Assembly: GCA_039588335.1 (NCBI GenBank)
Contig: JBDGZZ010000002.1
Location: 2,064 to 66,063, forward strand
From: Gemmatimonadota bacterium
GTDB lineage: Bacteria; Gemmatimonadota; Gemmatimonadetes; Gemmatimonadales; GWC2-71-9
DNA length: 64,000 nt
Direction of reading: 5' to 3'
Shown here: in pieces, positions 58,201 through 64,000 of the stretch
Layout of the letters: each line of letters opens with the position of its first letter
How positions within the stretch are numbered: position 1 is the stretch's first letter
The notes under the pieces: generated by a model
Told to the model about the DNA's origin: nothing
Databases searched by the model: none
What the model saw: the letters and a program-made list of their open reading frames with translations, nothing else
Translations under genes and position numbers: made by a program

Positions 58201-58768
58201 GATGCTGTTCAGCTCACGGACGACTGCTACGTTGGGCACTTGGAGCGAACACCAGGTGAGCACTGCGGTCGTGGTGACGGCAGTAAAGCGGAGAATCAGC
58301 AGGAAGACGGGGTCGGAGTATGCCCGTCTCACCTTGGAAGACTTTCACGGGACGGCCGAGGCGTTAGTTTTTCCCGACACCTGGAGCAAGCTGTCAGACG
58401 TCATCGTACCCGACGCGGCACTTCTAATGTCGGGTACGTACAGCACAAGAGATAGGGGAGAGGATCGTGCCCCGTTCATAGTGGAGGGGGCGCAACCGCT
58501 GGCCGAGTTGAGAGAGACGGGAGAGGTGGCGGTTGAGCTTGTATGGGTCCGAGAGCCAGAACCTACCCGTGACATCGCCAGGGGAGTCGCAGCATTATGT
58601 GCCGCACATCCAGGACCTGCACCCATATACGTGGAGTGGAGCGACGGCAACGGTACCACTGCCCGTTTGCGTTCCCGCAACGTCAGGGTGCAACTTGACG
58701 ACGAGCTATTGAGCGCCCTACGAGAACTCGTCGGGGTAGACAGCGTCCGGCTGGTGAAAGCGAGATAG
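55280..58768 (+). CDS. dnaE: DNA polymerase III subunit alpha
   Basis: PHP domain FVHLHTHSEYSLLDG, a polymerase core with PDIDVDF, and an OB fold. 1162 aa. Confidence 0.95.
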   Translation: MSFVHLHTHSEYSLLDGANRIPDLIERIKGLGMDSLAITDHGNLHAAWSFYEKARAADIRPILGFEAYVAFGSRHIREKPVEAPAQYSHLVLLARDRTGYKNLIKLSSIGYLEGYYRRPRIDREVLEQHNEGIIGLAACLSGEIALWLRRNNYEEARRSAQWLASTLGPGRFWLEVQDHGIPDEHIVRDGMFRLADDLGLPLVATNDAHYLEREDHEAHDCLLAIGTGKDLDDPNRFRFYGQESYIKSEQEMAQLFPDRPDVLENTQRVADTCEFDFEKRYFVPEFPRKDESKSENDLLVSLAIEGAAQRFGSPLTDKVQERLDYELDVITRLGYAGYFLIVQDFIKAAEERGIPVGPGRGSAAGSLVAFALGITNVDPLRFDLLFERFLNPERVSMPDIDVDFCFERRGEVIEYVRERYGRRSVGQIITFGTLKARAAVRDIARVLRVSPSETDKLAKLIPTGPAYSLSVAEAAAKVPELAQLKRENETIGRLVDLAQRVEGLSRHASVHAAGVVIAPGPLEDYVPVCTPPQRGNTAGGNGEESVITQFDMIALEKIGMLKMDFLGLKTLTVIHDATEMIRERHGVEIDFDSIDLDDPEVYKLLRSGRVAGVFQFESPLGTDMLHQLRADRFNDLVATNALVRPGPLDSGMHQVYIRRKRGLEEVRYALPDLQEVLEPTYGVILYQEQVMRIANVLAGFSLAEADVLRKAVGKKDAELIGTELKRFVDRCVERGHDPRIVEDIAAQIQTFGRYGFNKSHSVAYSIISFQTAWLKAHYPSEFMAALLSSEIGDTDKVVTYINEARELGIEVLPPSVNESGLKFTVTGKQQMRFGLGAIRHVGRSAIESIIAAREREGAYETLTDFCERVDLRLCNKRVIESLIAAGALDQMGGHRAQLTSALDFSLSEAQLRQAERDAGQVSLFGEASDTQPASTSDTLPDVATWPEAERLAKEKEVIGFFISGHPLERFREEVMLFSSRTTATLGTWSEHQVSTAVVVTAVKRRISRKTGSEYARLTLEDFHGTAEALVFPDTWSKLSDVIVPDAALLMSGTYSTRDRGEDRAPFIVEGAQPLAELRETGEVAVELVWVREPEPTRDIARGVAALCAAHPGPAPIYVEWSDGNGTTARLRSRNVRVQLDDELLSALRELVGVDSVRLVKAR

Positions 58769-58777
58769 GCAACCACA

Positions 58778-59743
58778 GTGGCATCAACCGCATTCAACGC
58801 CGAGTTCGAGAAGCCGATCGCTGAGTTGGAGCGTCAGATCGCGCACCTGAAACGCCTCGCCGTAGACCGTCAGCTAGACGTACAGGAGGAGATCGAACCG
58901 CTCGAAGCGAAGCTCGCCGAACTCCGGCGCGACATATACAAGCGCCTAACGCCGATGGAGCGCGTACAGGTAGCACGGCACCCAGGACGCCCTTATACGA
59001 TGGACTACATCGATTCGGTCTTCACCAATTTCGTAGAACTCAAAGGTGACAGGCTGTATCGAGACGATCCGGCAATCGTTGGAGGCTGGGCGCGGCTACG
59101 CGACCGACCCGTGATGGTCATCGGGCAGCAGAAGGGTCGTGACACGAAGGACAACTTGAAGCGGAATTTCGGAATGCCGCATCCCGAAGGATATCGCAAG
59201 GCCCTGCGGCTGATGCTAATGGCCGAGCGATTCGGAGCACCGATCATAACACTGATCGACACACCCGGTGCGTACCCCGGGCTGGGCGCGGAGGAACGGG
59301 GACAGGCGGAAGCGATTGCGCGGAATCTCGAAGAAATGGCTGCGCTCAGAACACCCCTCGTCGCGGTCGTCATCGGGGAGGGCGGTTCGGGTGGCGCGCT
59401 GGCCCTGGGCCTGGCCGACAGGGTCCTGATGTTGGAGCACGCCATTTACTCGGTAATCTCACCGGAGGGGTGCGCGGCAATCCTGTGGAAGGACGCGGCT
59501 CAGAAGGAGCGGGCCGCAGAGTCCCTCAAGCTCACCAGTAAAGACCTATTTCGTCTCGGTCTCATCGACGAAATCGTTCCCGAGCCGGCAGGCGGTGCTC
59601 ACGCGGACCCCGACCAGGCAATCGCCACTCTCGAGAAGGTCCTCGCAAAGAACGTGGCCGACTTGGCAAAGGTAGACCCGGACCAGCTGCGGGACCTCCG
59701 CATCGAAAAATACGTCAAGATGGGCAACTTCGAAGAGGGTTGA
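58778..59743 (+). CDS. accA: acetyl-CoA carboxylase carboxyltransferase subunit alpha
   Basis: ITLIDTPGAYPG..AEERGQAEAIARNL and VIGEGGSGGALA. Confidence 0.95.
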   Translation: MASTAFNAEFEKPIAELERQIAHLKRLAVDRQLDVQEEIEPLEAKLAELRRDIYKRLTPMERVQVARHPGRPYTMDYIDSVFTNFVELKGDRLYRDDPAIVGGWARLRDRPVMVIGQQKGRDTKDNLKRNFGMPHPEGYRKALRLMLMAERFGAPIITLIDTPGAYPGLGAEERGQAEAIARNLEEMAALRTPLVAVVIGEGGSGGALALGLADRVLMLEHAIYSVISPEGCAAILWKDAAQKERAAESLKLTSKDLFRLGLIDEIVPEPAGGAHADPDQAIATLEKVLAKNVADLAKVDPDQLRDLRIEKYVKMGNFEEG

Positions 59744-59744
59744 C

Positions 59745-60809
59745 TTGGCCGACCTGATCGAAGTCCGGTTCAAAGGCAACCGTAAGGACTTCTTCTGCTG
59801 GGAAAGTCAGTCGGACCTGGCAGTTGGAAACGCGGTTGTTGTAGAGGTCGACCGGGGACGCGACCTCGGACACGTGTCCGCGATTGGTGACGTGGCCGAA
59901 CGCAAGTGCGGCGTCGGCTGCGAGGGGTGTGATCTAGCGAAGCCGAAGGATCCTCATGGTAAGGTCTTGCGCAAGGCCAGCCCCGAAGACACACACCTGA
60001 TCGACGAGTTGCGCAAAGCGGAAGAAGACGTACGCCGCACCGTGATCGAGCGTGTGCAAGCACACAGTCTGGTCATGAAAGTGTCAGATGCCGAGTGGCA
60101 GTGGGATCGCAAGAAACTCACCGTCTACTTCACTGCAGAAAAGCGGGTGGATTTCCGTGCGCTGGTACGCGACCTGGCGAGCCTGTTTCGCACGCGGATC
60201 GAGCTGAGACAGATCGGCACGCGGGATGAAGCGAAACGACTCGACGGAATCGGCCGCTGCGGGAGACAATATTGCTGTTCTGCATGGCTGCCCGAGTTGA
60301 AGCCTGTCAGCCTCTCGCTCGCGAAGGACCAACGGTTGTCCCTCAACCCTTCGCAGATCTCGGGTGGTTGCGGCCGGCTCCTATGCTGCCTGCGGTATGA
60401 GCACGATTTCTACGTGAGCAGCCGCAAGCGGTTTCCCAAGGAAGGAAGAACGATCCACACGTTGGTGGGAGCGGAGACGGTGCTGGCGGTGGACATATTC
60501 CGCGAGCGGGTCCTGTTACGGTCCGGTGACGGAACGGTGCGCGCGGTCGTCCTTGCCGAATTGAAGGAAGACGTGGAGAGGGCGGAGGTGACGCCCGAGA
60601 AGCCGGAGCCGAAACCGCCCTCAGCGCTCGTTACCTTCGACGAGGGGGAGACTACAACGATCACCGCTGAGGATGCGGCGGATGCAGTCACCCCACGCAA
60701 ACGGCGCAGGAGAAAGCGTCGCGGGCGAAGGCGTGGTCGGGGGACGGGGCCAGACGAGCCCAACAGAAACGACGGGGCGGAAGGAAAGACAGATAACAAG
60801 GGTGGCTGA
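59745..60809 (+). CDS. PSP1 domain protein (YaaT/RicT-like) with Arg-rich C-terminal tail
   Basis: PSP1 C-terminal domain with Cys clusters (GRCGRQYCCSAWL, GGCGRLLCCLRYE). The tail is RKRRRRKRRGRRRGRG. Confidence 0.8.
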   Translation: MADLIEVRFKGNRKDFFCWESQSDLAVGNAVVVEVDRGRDLGHVSAIGDVAERKCGVGCEGCDLAKPKDPHGKVLRKASPEDTHLIDELRKAEEDVRRTVIERVQAHSLVMKVSDAEWQWDRKKLTVYFTAEKRVDFRALVRDLASLFRTRIELRQIGTRDEAKRLDGIGRCGRQYCCSAWLPELKPVSLSLAKDQRLSLNPSQISGGCGRLLCCLRYEHDFYVSSRKRFPKEGRTIHTLVGAETVLAVDIFRERVLLRSGDGTVRAVVLAELKEDVERAEVTPEKPEPKPPSALVTFDEGETTTITAEDAADAVTPRKRRRRKRRGRRRGRGTGPDEPNRNDGAEGKTDNKGG

Positions 60810-62325
60810 CAAGTTCTACATCACCACCGCGATCGATTACTCGAACGGCGAACCGCATCTAGGGCACGCATTCGAGAAGATCGGGGCAGATTGCATAGCG
60901 CGCTACCGCCGGCTCCGTGGGCAGAAGGTCTTCTTCGTAATCGGCATGGACGAGCATGGCCAGAAGGTGGCCCAGACTGCCGAGGAGCAGGGCGTCGACC
61001 CGCAGGACTGGGTGGACGGTCTCGCCGCGAAGTTTGAAGCCGCCTGGCGGGAACTGGACATCAGCAATACCGATTTCATCCGCACTACCGAGGAACGGCA
61101 CAAGCGAACCGTCAACGAGCTGTGGCAGCGAATTCAAGCTGCCGGGTACGTGGACAAGGGCACCTATAGCGGCTTCTACTGCGTAGGGTGTGAGGCTTTC
61201 AAGCTCGAGAAGGACCTGGAAGACGGGAAGTGCCCCCAGCACCCGACGCGTGAAGTCAAATGGGTGGAGGAGCCCAATCTGTTCTTCAAAGCGGGTGCGT
61301 TCCGCGATTATCTGCTGCAGCTGTATGAATCGCGCCCCGAAGCGTCGGACTTCGTCCGCCCCAAGGCGAAGCTCAACGAAGTGCGCAACGTGGTAGCTGA
61401 ATGGGACCACGAGTACGCCATGTCAGCTAGCAGGGCCAGCGTGCGCTGGGGCATCCCCTGGCCCGGAGACGCCTCGCACACAGTCTACGTCTGGTTCGAG
61501 GCACTCATCAACTACCTGTCGGCAACGGGTTTCCCCGACGACGGCTTCGAGGAGATCTGGCCCGCCGACCTGCACGTAATCGGGCCGGATATTTTGCGGT
61601 TCCATGCGGCTTTCTGGCCTGCCATGCTCAAGGCGGCCGGTTTGGCCGTTCCCGGCGGGGTGTGGTGCCATGGGTGGGTAAAGACATCAGATTCTCGCTT
61701 CTCCAAGAGCGCTGGCGTCACGATCACCCTGCGCGAGGCAATCGATCGACACGGTTCCGATGCGCTGCGCTACTTCCTGCTCCGAGAGGTGCCGTGGGAT
61801 GCCGATGGTAACTTCACTTGGGCCCGCTTTGACGCGAGGTACACGTCCGAACTGGCCGACGGTTACGGCAATCTCGCTAGCCGCATCCTCGCAATGATCA
61901 CACGTTATCTGGAAGGTGTGGTACCGGAAGGCAAGGCGGAGACCGAACTCGACCGGGCGGGTGTGGACGCATTGGCCGAATACCAGTCTGCCATGGACGC
62001 TCACTTGCTTCACGAAGGCGGCAACGCTGCATGGCGCTTGGTAGCGCGGGCCAACCAGTTCGTGGAAGAGAGTGCACCCTGGACCCTGGCAAAGGCACAG
62101 AAGACCGAACAGCTTCGGACCGTCATGGCCGCGTTGGCCCGCGCGCTCAATCGCATCACGGTAATGGCCTCTCCCTTTGTACCTGGGAAGGCCCAGGCGG
62201 TCTGGCAAGCCCTCGGAAACACCGATGACGTGTCGCTGCAATCGTGGCAGGACCTCGAATCACCAAAGGTTGCCGGTCGTTCGGTGACCAAGCTTGCCCC
62301 GCTGTTTCCCAAACCCCAGGTCTGA
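60802..62325 (+). CDS. metG: methionine--tRNA ligase
   Basis: FYITTAIDYSNGEPHLGHAFE (HIGH), the CVGC...CPQH zinc knuckle, and FSKSAG (KMSKS). The GTG at 60802 overlaps the upstream stop by 8 nt. Confidence 0.95.
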   Translation: MADKFYITTAIDYSNGEPHLGHAFEKIGADCIARYRRLRGQKVFFVIGMDEHGQKVAQTAEEQGVDPQDWVDGLAAKFEAAWRELDISNTDFIRTTEERHKRTVNELWQRIQAAGYVDKGTYSGFYCVGCEAFKLEKDLEDGKCPQHPTREVKWVEEPNLFFKAGAFRDYLLQLYESRPEASDFVRPKAKLNEVRNVVAEWDHEYAMSASRASVRWGIPWPGDASHTVYVWFEALINYLSATGFPDDGFEEIWPADLHVIGPDILRFHAAFWPAMLKAAGLAVPGGVWCHGWVKTSDSRFSKSAGVTITLREAIDRHGSDALRYFLLREVPWDADGNFTWARFDARYTSELADGYGNLASRILAMITRYLEGVVPEGKAETELDRAGVDALAEYQSAMDAHLLHEGGNAAWRLVARANQFVEESAPWTLAKAQKTEQLRTVMAALARALNRITVMASPFVPGKAQAVWQALGNTDDVSLQSWQDLESPKVAGRSVTKLAPLFPKPQV

Positions 62326-62384
62326 TCACGTAAGTAAGTACCACACAGCAGCTTACAGCCCCTAGAACAGGTTTCACCACCACC

Positions 62385-62414
62385 TTGACACGGTTCGAAC
62401 ACGGGGTCTAATTT
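62385..62414 (+). promoter_or_regulatory. putative sigma70-type promoter upstream of the M23 peptidase gene
   Basis: TTGACA-N18-TAATTT, about 170 nt upstream of the ATG at 62589. Confidence 0.5.
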
Positions 62415-62588
62415 CCACCCGTTCTTTACCCCGGCTTGAGTCGTCGGGGGCCCTGAGGGTGCCGTCCCGTGCGGCCATAGTCTTTGTGAGGAACGTCACT
62501 GAGTCGACCCTCGATTTGGATATAGGTTCGCATGGCTTTGTGAATACCGCTGCTGCATGACCACAGCGCGGGAAAGGGATCCCTTTCG

Positions 62589-63518
62589 ATGACACGTCGG
62601 CGTTGGACAATTGTGATCGTACCGCCCGGAGCACGGGAGTCCAGGAACATGGGCATCTCCCCGCTCGGGATTCGAATTATGATCGGTGCGGCGGTCCTGA
62701 TAGTTCTGACTGTCCTGGGGGTCGGATACGCGGCGGTAACCAAGGCCGTCGCTCTATCCAAGCTCGACCGGCTGGAGCGCCGCAACGACGTGCTCGCCGA
62801 AGAGCTTGCCAAGTCACGAGACATAGTAGCCTCCATTAGCACCTCCATCGACTCCATCACTAGACAAGATTCCATGGTACGGGTTCTGGCCGGCCTCGAG
62901 CCGGTAGACCCCGGGGTACAGCAGGCAGGTATCGGTGGTCCGGCCGGTGCGTGGACTGAGCGGGAGCAGATCCTCTCGGAGGGTCCGGAAGGCCAGGAAG
63001 CACTTCAAATGATGGAGAATCTGGACGCCCTCATGAGGCGCGCCAGCATGCTGGAGACATCATTCAACACTGCTAAGGACAGCCTGGATGCAAACATCAA
63101 GGCTTTGACCCACTATCCATCGATTCTCCCGGCAAAGGGTTGGAGGACGAGCGACTGGTCAGTGCAGCGGATGCACCCGATCTTCCACCAAGAACTGCCC
63201 CATCCCGGAATCGACGTAGCCGCGCCGACGGGCACGCCCATATTCGCGGCTGCCAACGGTACGGTCACCGCGGTCTACAACAACGGTGGCTACGGTCTCA
63301 TGGTCATCGTCAACCACGGCAGAGGATTGGTGACCCGGTATGCTCACTGCTCCAAGGCCACCGTGAAAAAGGGACAGGCGGTCACGCGCGGCGAGAAGAT
63401 CGCAGAAGTCGGAAGGAGCGGCATCGCGACGGCTCCACACCTCCACTACGAGGTACTGGAGTACGGCAAGGCGGTAGATCCAAAAAAGTACATTTTGCCA
63501 AAAGCGATCATAGACTAG
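62589..63518 (+). CDS. M23 family peptidoglycan metalloendopeptidase
   Basis: N-terminal TM anchor, a coiled-coil, then HPGIDVAAPTGTPIFAAANGTV and GRSGIATAPHLHYEV. Confidence 0.9.
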   Translation: MTRRRWTIVIVPPGARESRNMGISPLGIRIMIGAAVLIVLTVLGVGYAAVTKAVALSKLDRLERRNDVLAEELAKSRDIVASISTSIDSITRQDSMVRVLAGLEPVDPGVQQAGIGGPAGAWTEREQILSEGPEGQEALQMMENLDALMRRASMLETSFNTAKDSLDANIKALTHYPSILPAKGWRTSDWSVQRMHPIFHQELPHPGIDVAAPTGTPIFAAANGTVTAVYNNGGYGLMVIVNHGRGLVTRYAHCSKATVKKGQAVTRGEKIAEVGRSGIATAPHLHYEVLEYGKAVDPKKYILPKAIID

Positions 63519-63543
63519 TCCTGACAATCACATCAGTGAACGT

Positions 63544-63577
63544 AACCCCGGAACCGCAGATTTCCGGGGTTTTTTTA
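63544..63577 (+). terminator. rho-independent terminator
   Basis: AACCCCGGAA-ccgcagau-UUCCGGGGUU followed by a U run, 26 nt after the M23 stop. Confidence 0.85.
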
Positions 63578-63678
63578 TTGGGTTGGATAGGCAGAGGGGC
63601 GGTCTCGTGCGGCCGAACAGGGGCGAGAATCCCAGTATGCGGCTACCTTTCGAGGCGTTTGGCACTTCATTAACAACC

Positions 63679-64000
63679 ATGCTCAGCAATGCAATGAATC
63701 GCTCACACTGCACCGCCCTGGCGGCAGCCATGGCCTTGGCCGCATGTTCGGCTCCGGAACCCCATCTGGAGTTCCACGCTTCTATCCATGAGGGAGAGGT
63801 GTTAGCCGGTTTGGAGATATGGGCATTGCCGTTCGATCCCGACCGGCTGCTCGATTCACTGGCTCGCGCGAGCGGTTCTCCCAGACCCGAGTTTCCCGAA
63901 CTCGAGGAGGAGATGTCCTCTTACCTGCGTCCGGACCAGGATGCTCTACTCGATATCGGCACGAGTTGGCGTGCGACTCAGGACAGCGTCCGGCGCCTGG
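63679..64000 (+). CDS. lipoprotein of unknown function (5' partial view; runs off the window)
   Basis: ATG at 63679; MLSNAMNRSHCTALAAAMALAAC lipobox. The frame stays open to the window end. Confidence 0.4.
   Translation, partial: MLSNAMNRSHCTALAAAMALAACSAPEPHLEFHASIHEGEVLAGLEIWALPFDPDRLLDSLARASGSPRPEFPELEEEMSSYLRPDQDALLDIGTSWRATQDSVRRL

Noticed and set aside
1-64000. Search for rRNA, tRNA (including tRNA-Sec), CRISPR arrays, IS elements and prophage genes
   Set aside because: I found no T-loop/acceptor-type structures, no regularly spaced direct repeats and no transposase- or integrase-like ORFs by eye. A covariance-model scan (tRNAscan/Infernal) would be needed to exclude small RNAs rigorously.

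Overview
GC-rich bacterial chromosomal segment, about 60 tightly packed genes with many 4-nt start/stop overlaps. I saw no rRNA, tRNA, CRISPR array, transposase or integrase. Phylum cannot be assigned from sequence alone; the PorV-like barrel, DUF3108 and peptide-catabolism genes are compatible with a Gemmatimonadota/FCB-like organism (guess only). Most of the window is core metabolism: acyl-CoA ligase; folE; tdk; coaE; gcvH-gcvP plus an LplA-like ligase; a Dpp/Opp-type peptide ABC transporter; a sodium:solute symporter; thiO-lipA-pdhABC-lpd-lipB; glutamate dehydrogenase; several peptidases; dnaE, accA, metG.

Five things stand out. (1) A GrdB/PrdB-family gene is interrupted only by an in-frame TGA. 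Read-through gives a Sec-x-x-Cys motif, and a SECIS-like hairpin starts 10 nt downstream, so this is a probable selenoprotein that ORF callers would split. (2) A seven-gene, translationally coupled minus-strand operon reads nurA-like, herA-like, two paralogous signal-peptide proteins, sbcD, sbcC, GNAT. This is an archaeal-style end-resection gene set with unexplained exported components and an atypical HerA P-loop. (3) A near-consensus promoter plus a strong intrinsic terminator bracket about 200 nt of non-coding, structured sequence next to an unlisted 50-aa membrane ORF (candidate sRNA). (4) A full-length DEAD-box-like protein has its catalytic motifs replaced but keeps an intact DbpA-type RNA-binding domain. 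(5) A perfect 14-bp AT-rich palindrome sits on the lipA-PDH promoter/start region.

All functional calls rest on motif recognition by eye from the translated ORFs. No database search was possible.
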